A stretch of DNA of 64,000 bases. It comes from Longimicrobiales bacterium (GTDB taxonomy: Bacteria > Gemmatimonadota > Gemmatimonadetes > Longimicrobiales > Gaopeijiaceae). The notes beneath the pieces are model-generated. The model did not search any database. It had not been told where the DNA came from and saw only the letters and a program-made list of their open reading frames with translations. The DNA lies in assembly GCA_965248195.1 (NCBI GenBank), contig CBDFIQ010000001.1:96001-160000 (forward strand), read 5' to 3'. Positions 47,776-56,698 of this stretch are shown here, one piece after another (positions within the stretch are counted from its first letter, which is position 1; each line of letters opens with the position of its first letter). The position numbers and the translations under genes were made by a program.

Positions 47776-49185
47776 CTACGCCCTCCGCTCCCACGGCCCG
47801 ATGATCGCCAGGGTGAGACCCTGAAGCTGCATATTCACGAACAGCGTCGTGCCGTCCGGTGAGAAGCACGACCCGGCGAACTCCCCAGTCCCCGCCTGAT
47901 TGTGGCCGAACTCATATATCTCACCCGCGGGCGTGACACCGAAGAGATAGTCGTCTCCGGTGCCATCCTCGCACACGATGAGGTCGCCCCATGGGGCAGC
48001 GGTCAGGTTATCGGCGTTTTCGACCAAAGTGCCGTCGTTGGGCTCGATGAAGAGCTCTAGGGTGCCTGATTCTTCCGACTCGCGCGACGTGCCCTCGTAC
48101 GGACTGGGCACGTAGCGCCAGATCTGTCCCTTCCTCGCATCGCCGCCGTTCGTGCAGGTGAAGTACACTGCGTTGTTGGCCCACCACATCCCCTCACCCC
48201 GCGCGAAGCGGGCGGCCCCAGCCGCAAAGCCCCGAAAGCGCAGGTCGTCGTCCGGCGATTCCACGTCGCTCATGTCGATCCAGCTCACCGCGAGGAGCGA
48301 GCCGGGCCGGACGGTCTGCGCCTCCCAGTTTCGCGTGTCCATCGAAGACTGATCGAGGACGCGGAGGGTTTGCAGGCGGCCGCCGGCCGCGAGCTCACCC
48401 GGGCGGTCGGGAATGAAGCGATAGATCAGTCCGTTCCCCTGGTCTTCGGTTTGGTAAACGATGCCGGACGCGGGGTGCACCGCCACGGCCTCGTGCTCGA
48501 AGCGTCCCATCGCTTTGAGGGCCACAGGCGTGACCACCCCTCCGTCCCAGGTCGCAGGCACCTCGAAGTTGTAGCCGTGATCCTCGAGGCGACCTTCGCC
48601 CGCGTTGTCCACTGTCTCCTCGCAGCTGATCCAGCTTCCCCACGGGGTCGGGCCTCCGGCGCAGTTGACGAGCGTGCCCGCGAGGCTCAGCCGGTGCCCG
48701 ACCAGGCGCTGCTCGCGCGTGTCGAACAGGAGCGTCGTAGCTCCGCCCAGCGCCGCCCGCCCGCTCTCTCCGATGTCGTAGACCGCCCCCGGGTCGAGGC
48801 GCCCGAGAAGCTCGTTATCGAGTCCGAACGGCCCCAACCGCCCTGGAGTATCCCAACGCAGCTCGTGATTGCGTACCAGGAGTGTGTATCCGTCGGGCCC
48901 GGGGAACGTGGCCATCCCGTCGTGTCTGGCGGGTACGTAGAAACCGTCGTTCATGCGCTCGCCCACGCGAGAGACGACCGTGTAGCTGAAGCCCTCCGGC
49001 AGCGCGAGCAGACCCTCGGGGTCGTCCATCAGTGGGCCGAAGCCGAGGACAGGTGCGGGAAGCAGGCCATCCAGGCCATAGGAACGCCTCAGACCGGCGA
49101 GGCCCAGGGACATGGCGCCGGCGGCTGCGAAGAAGCTCCTTCGCGAAAGCGACGACTGCGGCGCGGTCATGGCGCGACGTGGCAT
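47776..49185 (-). CDS. phoX: PhoX-family (DUF839) alkaline phosphatase, Tat-exported
   Basis: SRRSFF, NCAGG.TPWGSWISCEE, MGRFEHEA, ARGEG, DNL and CED motifs. Confidence 0.82.
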   Translation of the reverse strand: MPRRAMTAPQSSLSRRSFFAAAGAMSLGLAGLRRSYGLDGLLPAPVLGFGPLMDDPEGLLALPEGFSYTVVSRVGERMNDGFYVPARHDGMATFPGPDGYTLLVRNHELRWDTPGRLGPFGLDNELLGRLDPGAVYDIGESGRAALGGATTLLFDTREQRLVGHRLSLAGTLVNCAGGPTPWGSWISCEETVDNAGEGRLEDHGYNFEVPATWDGGVVTPVALKAMGRFEHEAVAVHPASGIVYQTEDQGNGLIYRFIPDRPGELAAGGRLQTLRVLDQSSMDTRNWEAQTVRPGSLLAVSWIDMSDVESPDDDLRFRGFAAGAARFARGEGMWWANNAVYFTCTNGGDARKGQIWRYVPSPYEGTSRESEESGTLELFIEPNDGTLVENADNLTAAPWGDLIVCEDGTGDDYLFGVTPAGEIYEFGHNQAGTGEFAGSCFSPDGTTLFVNMQLQGLTLAIIGPWERRA

Positions 49186-49487
49186 GGTGTCTCGATGATG
49201 AGGGGTTTCAAAAGTCGAGGCTAACCTCGCGCCCGCATCGATCTTTGACCAGGGGTCCTCGGATGATCAGCGCCGTCCATCGATCACAATGAGGCATACC
49301 GTCACCTCTGTCCCTGGGCCCCTCCGCACGCGAGACCAAGGTAGGCCGTGATATACGAGGATACCGGAACACGCCATTCTGGGCCTGTGACGGGCCCTTG
49401 CTTGTGCCTACCGGTGGCAACAACCGGGTTCCGTACATACTTTTGTGGCACACATCCGTAGTCCACAGCTCATGCCAGGGGGGCTCA

Positions 49488-49985
49488 ATGAAATCGCTCG
49501 CGACCGCTGTCGTAATCGGGATCCTCGGCTTTGTGGCCACTTCGAATCCTCTTTCTGCGCAGGCGGTGTGGATCGGAGGCGGAGGAACGTTCCCCACGAG
49601 CGACTACGGGGACTTTGCGAACACTGGGTTCCTGTTCATGGCCGGAGCGGGTCTCCCGGTCGGAGACCAAGGCGTGTCCGTTGGCGTGGGCGGTTACTAC
49701 GGTCAGAACAATCACGAGGCCGTCGACGGAGATAAGACCAACCCGTACGGCTTTACGGGCTATGTGGAATATGACTTTGCGGGCCGAGACGCGGAGCGCA
49801 CCTTCTACGTGCTTGGGGAGTTGGGCGTCCTCTGGCACAAGTTCGGTTCAGACACATCCCCGGAGTCGACGGAGTCCGGCTTCGCGTACGGGGGTGCGGC
49901 GGGCTACGCCTTCCCGCTTGGCGGTGTCACCGGATGGGCGGAAGGGCGATTCACGCAGGCAAGCATCTCTGACGCGAACACTCAG
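49488..49985 (+). pseudogene. Truncated outer-membrane beta-barrel protein, in frame with the downstream cyclase
   Basis: Signal peptide and alternating beta-strands; no terminal strand or stop codon. Confidence 0.55.
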
Positions 49986-50054
49986 ATCATCGAGACGGTC
50001 TACAAGGTCGGGTACCGCCTGATCGCGGATGTCGCTCGCGTAAGAGCCCAGACC

Positions 50055-51977
50055 ATGCGACGACTGACGGCCATCATGTTCACGGACATGGTGGGCTACA
50101 CGGCCCTCATGCAGGAGGACGAATCCAGCGCCACAACGTTGCGGGATCGTCACCGGACGGTGCTACGCGAGAGCATCGAAGCGCACCAGGGTGAGATCGT
50201 CCAGTTCTACGGCGACGGAACCCTCAGTGTGTTTCCGAGCGCGGTACAGGCGGTGGACGCCGCCGTCGACATCCAGCGACGCTTCCAGCGGGACCCCCCC
50301 ATCCCCGTCCGAATCGGCCTCCACATCGGCGACATCGTGCACGACCGGGACGGCGTGCACGGCGACGGTGTCAACGTCGCCGCCCGCGTGCAGGCGCTTG
50401 CGGTTCCGGGATCGGTGCTCATCTCGGGCGGGGTCTACGAGGAGCTCAAGAACCATCCTCGTCTTCCCACACGAGCCCTGGGGGACTTCGAGCTCAAGAA
50501 CGTCGAGAGGCCTCTGAGCATCCACGCCGTGGCCGCGTCCGCACTCGCAGTTCCTTCGCCCGCCGATCTGTCGTCGAGCCGCGACCGGACCCAGAAGTCC
50601 ATCGCAGTGCTCCCCTTCGTCAATATGAGCTCGGACCTCGAGAACGAATATTTCACCGACGGGATCACCGAGGAGATTCTCAACACCCTGGTCAAGTTCG
50701 ACGACCTGAAGGTGACCGCGCGCACCTCGTCCTTCGTCTTCAAGGGGAGGCACGAGGACGTCCGGGAGATCGGCCGGGCGCTGAACGTCGGGGCCGTGCT
50801 CGAGGGCAGCGTCCGCAAAGCGGGAAACCGCGTGCGCATCACCGCGCAACTCGTCGACACCGCCGACGGCTACCACCTCTTCAGCAACAGCTACGACCGG
50901 GTGCTCGAAGACATCTTTGCGGTCCAGGACGAGATCGCGCGCACCATCGCGGGGGAGCTGCGCGTCCTGTTCCCCGTGGCGGGGGCGCACACGCCCACCA
51001 CGGTGCGGAAGCCCACCGAGAGCTCCGAGGCCTACAGCCTATACCTCCGGGGTCTGCACTGCTGGAACCAAATGACGCCTGAGACGACTCAGGAGGCGCT
51101 CCGCCATTTCCGCGATGCCTTGGCGCTGGATCCGGACTTCGCCCTCGCCCATACCGGGGTCGCTCGCTGCTACACCCACCTCGGGGCCCAAGGCCGACTC
51201 CCCAGCGAAGAGGCCTACCCTGCGGCGCAAGAGGCCGCCCAACGCGCCATCGAGCTAGATCCGGAGATCGCCATGGGTCACGTGTCGCTGGGGATGGTGA
51301 GGCTCTTCTACGACTGGGACCTGGAGGCGGCCCGGAGCTGCCTGGAGCGTGCCATCGAACTGAACCCGGGATCCGCGGAAGTCCGCCACTGGGCTGGCTA
51401 CTACTACATGGTCTCGGGGCACTTCGACGAGTTTCTGGAAACCGCACAGGTGGCCGCGTCGCTCGACCCACTCTCGTTGCTCTCCCTCGACCTCTTGGGT
51501 ACTGCGAACATCTTCGCGGGAAGGCCCCGGGACAGCCTGATCCACTACGATCGCGCACTCGAAATCGACCCCACCTTCCGCACCGCCATCGAGGGGCGTG
51601 CCATGGCCTACGACCGCCTGGGAGAACACGACCGGGCCATCGAAGAATTCCTGCGCTACCGGGCGCTGACGCCCGGAGGCGTGGGGGGCCTGGGCTCCGG
51701 AGCGTCCTTGTTCGCGCGGGCGGGCCGGACGGAGGAGGCGCTGGGCTACCTCGCCGAGCTCGAGGAGCTGGAGCGGACCAGCCCGGAACTCACCCTCCAT
51801 TTCGACTTCATGGTCGCCCTCACCGCCCTCGGTCGTATCGACGAGGCGGTCGAGCGGCTGGAACGAGCCATCGAGGCCCGCATCGGCTTCGTGGTCTTCG
51901 TCCGACACACATTCCCCTGGGAGAACCTGCGCCCCGATCCCCGTATGGACGAGATCCTGGCCGCCGTGGGGCTGTAG
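50055..51977 (+). CDS. Class III adenylate/guanylate cyclase plus TolB-N-like domain plus TPR
   Basis: AIMFTDMVGYT, GDG, RIGLHIGD, GDGVNVAARVQ, SIAVLPF and TPR repeats. Confidence 0.88.
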   Translation: MRRLTAIMFTDMVGYTALMQEDESSATTLRDRHRTVLRESIEAHQGEIVQFYGDGTLSVFPSAVQAVDAAVDIQRRFQRDPPIPVRIGLHIGDIVHDRDGVHGDGVNVAARVQALAVPGSVLISGGVYEELKNHPRLPTRALGDFELKNVERPLSIHAVAASALAVPSPADLSSSRDRTQKSIAVLPFVNMSSDLENEYFTDGITEEILNTLVKFDDLKVTARTSSFVFKGRHEDVREIGRALNVGAVLEGSVRKAGNRVRITAQLVDTADGYHLFSNSYDRVLEDIFAVQDEIARTIAGELRVLFPVAGAHTPTTVRKPTESSEAYSLYLRGLHCWNQMTPETTQEALRHFRDALALDPDFALAHTGVARCYTHLGAQGRLPSEEAYPAAQEAAQRAIELDPEIAMGHVSLGMVRLFYDWDLEAARSCLERAIELNPGSAEVRHWAGYYYMVSGHFDEFLETAQVAASLDPLSLLSLDLLGTANIFAGRPRDSLIHYDRALEIDPTFRTAIEGRAMAYDRLGEHDRAIEEFLRYRALTPGGVGGLGSGASLFARAGRTEEALGYLAELEELERTSPELTLHFDFMVALTALGRIDEAVERLERAIEARIGFVVFVRHTFPWENLRPDPRMDEILAAVGL

Positions 51978-52078
51978 TGAGACCGGATCCAGGTTCCCGA
52001 CCGGGCTCCTCTATAGAATTGGAAACTCGTCTATCGACTGCCCGGCTGCGGGCGTGTGGGACGTCTCAGAGCGGTCGA

Positions 52079-54412
52079 CTACTTCGGGGAATCAGTGGGA
52101 GACTCTGCTTCGGCCGTCACGATCGGTCGAGACTGTTCAAGCGTGGCCGCACGTAAGCGCTGGGGGCTCCAGCGTCGTCGGGCGCTTTCGGGAATCGCGT
52201 GAGCGGCGCCACGTATCACACCTTCTGTATGGAGCTCGGAGAAGCATTCAACCAGCTTGGGCTCCAGGGCGCCGCCCGACTCCGACTGCACGAACTCCAG
52301 CGCCCACTCCTCAGTCTTGGCTTTTCGGTAGGCGCGCTCGGCGGTGAGAGCGTCGAAGATGTCAACCACAGCGAGTATTCGTGCGCCGAGGGGGATCTGC
52401 TCGTCTTTTAACCCATCTGGATAGCCGTTTCCGTCCCAGCGCTCGTGATGATGCAGGACGCACATCTTAGCCGTTTCGCTGATGGGCGCGTCCTTGAGGA
52501 TTCGGTATCCGAGGACCGTGTGCTGCTTCATGATCTCGAACTCTTTACTCGTCAGCTTGCGGGGCTTGAGAAATACGGAGTCAGGAACGCCGACCTTGCC
52601 GATGTCGTGAAGACTCGCGCCCATCCAGAGACCCTCGAGGAAGTCGTCCTCATGGCCGAGCTCGTCGGCGAGAGCGCACGAATAGGTGGCCAGACGTTGG
52701 CAGTGTGCCTCCGTCCCCTGATCCCGCGCCTCGACCGCCGTGCTGATACCCGTCAGGATCCCCAGATAGGCTTCCTCCAAGCTGCGTGTGAGCGCCCGGT
52801 TGTGGAAGCCCAGATGGAGACCCGAGGCAACGGACAGTAGCGTGTGCCTGTCCAGCGGGCCGAGGCTGCGGCTCGCGTGCACGTAGAGCACCCGGCGGCG
52901 CTCATCCTGGTCGACGACAATCGGCACGAAGGCCTCATTTCCGCCTGGCCCGACCGTAGCTTCGCCGTTGTTCTTCGCCACGACTCGTCGAAGCTCGCTC
53001 CAGTCCTGTGGCGGAGCACCGATCCCGCCCACAACCTCCCAGAACTCACCGCCCTCCTGGAGGAGCAGCACCGAGCTGGCGTCCAGCGCACCACCCAGGG
53101 TCTCGAGCAGTGGCGTAAGGGTCTCGGCGAGTTGAAGCTCGTCGAACCGGATGTCCCGGAGTCTGGCGATTACCTGGATGCTTCGGTCACGGGCGAGGAC
53201 GTCCACTCCGGAGACGTGAAGCCGATAGCCCATCGTCATCGGGAATATGAGCCCCCAGGCGAACGTGGGGCCCGCAACGCCGAAGACCAACCCGGCGGCG
53301 AACGGTAGCCAGAATAAAAGCAGCAAGCCCCCCCAACCCATCGCCCAGATCAGGAAGCCCGTTCCGGGAGACCGCCTGAGGAACACAGTGGCGCCCGCGA
53401 GCGCGAGGACCCAGACCAGCAAGATCTCCAGACCCGGCGGTACGTCGTATCGTATTCGTCCGTCGAGCAGCGTGGCGAGGTCGCTGGCGTCCACGAAGAA
53501 GCGAGGGATCGAGGCATGCATCGGAGTGGTGACCGTTTCGACTCCCGGGCCGTTCGGGCCCACCAGCACGATGGCGTTCTCGAATAGCGGGCGAGCCCGT
53601 GCGGGCAGCTCGCTGCCGCGCAGCAGGTTCTCAAGGGAGAAGGGCGGAAGGACCGTTCGATGGTCGATGTAAGACTCGCGCCCCACCTCGATTCGGTGCT
53701 CGCCAAGCTCGAGGATCCCGCTCGCGAGTCGGACTTGACCAAAAGGCACGTCCAGATGCACGCGCAGGGCTTCCACCGCGAGCGACCAGTAGGGTAGGCC
53801 CAGAACCTGTGACTGGGGCTGAGCCCGCCGGACGACGGAGTCGGGGTCCAAGCTTGCCGAACGGACGCCCACTCCGGTCGCCGCCTCAGTGAAGAGGGGC
53901 GGTGGAAGCGAGGCCTCCTGCACGGAAAGCGCCGTCGCCCCATTGCCCGAGGGCTGGACCCACTTCACGTCGGCGGCCAGCACGATGTCCTCATGCGCCG
54001 ACAGCAAGCTGGCGAAAGCGGAATCCGCTGCCGGGTCACCGCTGTTCTCTGTCAGGATCACATCGAGCACGATCACTGACGCTCCGGCATCACGGACCCG
54101 CTGGATGAACTCCCCCAGCATCCCCCACGGCACACTCCACTCGCTGGCTCTACCCGCTCCAGCTGACGGGCTTGTTCCTACCACCAGCAGGTTGTCCGGC
54201 AGCTCGCGCTCGAGAGCTCGCTGCCGGACGTCGAATGCCCAGCGGTCCAAACCCGCAGTCCACGCGGTGATCGGGAAGCGGTCGCCACCCAGGATGGCCA
54301 AGGTCAACATGGCGGCCAGGCCTCCCCCAGCGCTCACGGCGAAATAGCTGGATCTTCGGCGCAGGGTAAACCGTGGCATGGCGGCGAACAGCTTTTTGAG
54401 TAAACGACGCAC
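52079..54412 (-). CDS. CHASE2 plus HD-GYP cyclic dinucleotide phosphodiesterase
   Basis: DPDSVVRR (CHASE2), TM segments, LHDIGK, HHERWDGNGYP and VVDIFDAL. Confidence 0.88.
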   Translation of the reverse strand: MRRLLKKLFAAMPRFTLRRRSSYFAVSAGGGLAAMLTLAILGGDRFPITAWTAGLDRWAFDVRQRALERELPDNLLVVGTSPSAGAGRASEWSVPWGMLGEFIQRVRDAGASVIVLDVILTENSGDPAADSAFASLLSAHEDIVLAADVKWVQPSGNGATALSVQEASLPPPLFTEAATGVGVRSASLDPDSVVRRAQPQSQVLGLPYWSLAVEALRVHLDVPFGQVRLASGILELGEHRIEVGRESYIDHRTVLPPFSLENLLRGSELPARARPLFENAIVLVGPNGPGVETVTTPMHASIPRFFVDASDLATLLDGRIRYDVPPGLEILLVWVLALAGATVFLRRSPGTGFLIWAMGWGGLLLLFWLPFAAGLVFGVAGPTFAWGLIFPMTMGYRLHVSGVDVLARDRSIQVIARLRDIRFDELQLAETLTPLLETLGGALDASSVLLLQEGGEFWEVVGGIGAPPQDWSELRRVVAKNNGEATVGPGGNEAFVPIVVDQDERRRVLYVHASRSLGPLDRHTLLSVASGLHLGFHNRALTRSLEEAYLGILTGISTAVEARDQGTEAHCQRLATYSCALADELGHEDDFLEGLWMGASLHDIGKVGVPDSVFLKPRKLTSKEFEIMKQHTVLGYRILKDAPISETAKMCVLHHHERWDGNGYPDGLKDEQIPLGARILAVVDIFDALTAERAYRKAKTEEWALEFVQSESGGALEPKLVECFSELHTEGVIRGAAHAIPESARRRWSPQRLRAATLEQSRPIVTAEAESPTDSPK

Positions 54413-54709
54413 GGCGTTCCTCAGCCTATCTATGACGTACGATCCCGGCCGCTAGCAAACGGTAACTTCCGCCCGCAGGCTGGTTTTCGGGCGCGGACCA
54501 TATTTAGAGGCAGGGAATATTTAGAGGCAGAGAATCTTTAACGTTGCTGCCTCGCCCGCGGAGATGCAATGATTACGGTCGAAAGGCTCGACGCGGGCCT
54601 CTTCGAGGTCTATTTGGTATCCCTACGCCCGCCCCGGCAGGCCGGAGTACTCCCCCCGGTTGAGGTGTCGGTTGGGCCGGTTTTGTGTGTCGATTCGTCG
54701 CTGATCCGG

Positions 54710-56029
54710 CTAGCGTCCTTCTTTCCTCGCGATCCGTCCGTTGACGCGAACCCAGGTGACGGCTCCGCTTTCGTCACGGATGAATTCGACCGGCATGCCG
54801 GTATATGCGCGCGGCGGGCCGGAATACGCGAGGTCGGGCCCCCAGAAGACCAGCCGGTAGGCATTCTGGCCGCTTCCGACGACGAGCCGTCCGGCTGTGG
54901 CGCGGATCTCCACGACACTCCCAGGCGGTCTCAAGTAGCGCCCTACGTACTCCTCGAGCGGCGGCTGCGTGGCGAGCGGCTCGGCATGGAGCGTCATCCG
55001 CTCGTTGCCGCCTCGGTTGCCGCCGGTCGTCTGATTAGGCGAGAGCGCGAGTCCTTCGTAGGTGTCGAGGATGACGGTCGCGACGTCTTCGTTGAGCCTC
55101 CAGCCGACTCGGTGATTCGTGAGGATCGCGAAGGCGAGATTCCGGTCCGGCACGAGCTGGACGTGCAGACAGTGGCCGCCGAGCGAGCCCCCGTGCTGCG
55201 CGGTGAGCACACCGTTCAGCCTGCGGAGGTGCCACCCGAGACCCATCTCGTCGGTCGTGCTGTTCTTCTGGATTCGTGCGGTGCGTGTCGCTTCGAGCGA
55301 CGACCGCTGCAGGAGCCGCTGGTCATCTCCGGTCGTGCCGTCACCGAGGTGGAATTCGGCGTAGCGTAACAGGTTCTCGATGCTCATCGCGCAGCCACCC
55401 GCCGGGACGTTCGCCGGAAGCTGGAACGGCCGGATGACGACCGTCTGGCTCCCCTGCTCCCGGTGCGGCGCAGCGAAGCGGTGCGTCATCGCCTCGCCGG
55501 TGCGCGTGAAGGCTCGGTCGAGCCCGAGCGGATCGAAGACCAGGTCGCTCAGCGCCTCGCCGATGGTGCTGTCCGTCACGACCTCCAAGACACGTCCCGC
55601 TACGCCGAAGCCCGCGTTGTTGTAACTCCAAACCTCGCCGGGCCTCGCGAGCTGCGGCAGGTCGGTGAGCCCATCGGTGAAGCTGGCGAGCGTCGCGGGT
55701 CCGCGGTCCGGAGTCCCGAGCTGGCCGTGCCACCCCGGCGTGTGCGTGAGGAGATGCCAGATCCGCACCCCGCGGCTTGCCGCCTCGTCCGCGACACGGA
55801 AGTCAGGCAGGTACTCCCGCACCGGTGCCTCGACGTCGACGCGGCCCGCGTCGTGGAGTCGCATCATCGCGGTCGCGACAACCGTCTTGGAGATCGAGGC
55901 GATCGGGAAGACCGTGTCGGGCGAGACCGGCTGAGGGTTGTCGACGTTCGTGAGGCCGAAGCCCCGCCTCTGTGACCCCCCGTTCCTGGAGAGGCCGAAG
56001 GCGACGCCCGTGACCCGGTACTCGGCCAT
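54710..56029 (-). CDS. Serine hydrolase (class C beta-lactamase family), N-terminus probably truncated
   Basis: IASISK, LLTHT, YNN and HGG motifs; no signal peptide or clear RBS. Confidence 0.82.
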   Translation of the reverse strand: MAEYRVTGVAFGLSRNGGSQRRGFGLTNVDNPQPVSPDTVFPIASISKTVVATAMMRLHDAGRVDVEAPVREYLPDFRVADEAASRGVRIWHLLTHTPGWHGQLGTPDRGPATLASFTDGLTDLPQLARPGEVWSYNNAGFGVAGRVLEVVTDSTIGEALSDLVFDPLGLDRAFTRTGEAMTHRFAAPHREQGSQTVVIRPFQLPANVPAGGCAMSIENLLRYAEFHLGDGTTGDDQRLLQRSSLEATRTARIQKNSTTDEMGLGWHLRRLNGVLTAQHGGSLGGHCLHVQLVPDRNLAFAILTNHRVGWRLNEDVATVILDTYEGLALSPNQTTGGNRGGNERMTLHAEPLATQPPLEEYVGRYLRPPGSVVEIRATAGRLVVGSGQNAYRLVFWGPDLAYSGPPRAYTGMPVEFIRDESGAVTWVRVNGRIARKEGR

Positions 56030-56229
56030 CTTCGCTTCGATGAGCCCACTGATGTCGTCGAAGCGCGGGTCGAGCTGGGGGGCGCCCCGTCCACGCTGCC
56101 ATCCCCTGCCGTAAGGATTAGGTAAACCAAAAGCCCTTTGACGGGTCGGGATAACGTGAAGGGCAGGAGCAAAGCGGTCAAATCAAATATCGGGCGATGC
56201 GTCAATGGGATTCATGCCTCTCCCCGCCC

Positions 56230-56375
56230 CGCAACTCGGGAGTCCCGGCATTGGCGATCACGATATTGCCGTTGCTGAGCCGTCGCGCTCCGCTCGCCTG
56301 AAAGAGCAGATACTCCTCCGGGCCATCGAACGCGCCGATCGTGAGGGTCGGGTCGCTCGACAACCGCCACGCCGT
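56230..56375 (-). pseudogene. Fragment of a 6-bladed beta-propeller protein
   Basis: WRLSSDPTLTIGAFDGPEEYLL...RLSNGNIVIANAG, truncated on both sides. Confidence 0.55.
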
Positions 56376-56698
56376 CGCCTCCGGGCACTCCTCCTCAAAG
56401 TTTTCGTAGATCGTGACGCCGGAGCTCGTCCTCGATCGCGGCCAGATCCTTGCCGGTCTGTCGGTGGAATCGCCCCAGCAAGGCATCCAGCTCGGGACCG
56501 AGGTCGACAGGCAACGAGTCGCCCCGGACGATGAGCGTTCGGGGGTGCGCTTGCATCTCGTCCAGTACGATGAGCTCGCGAAGGAGTCCCTGCGAAGCCC
56601 CGTCGAGGAACACGACGACGAGCGTTGCACGACGAATCAGCTCGTCGGCGACGGTGCCCCAGAGCGGATCTTCCCCTTCCGGGCGTGGTTGAGCAGTC

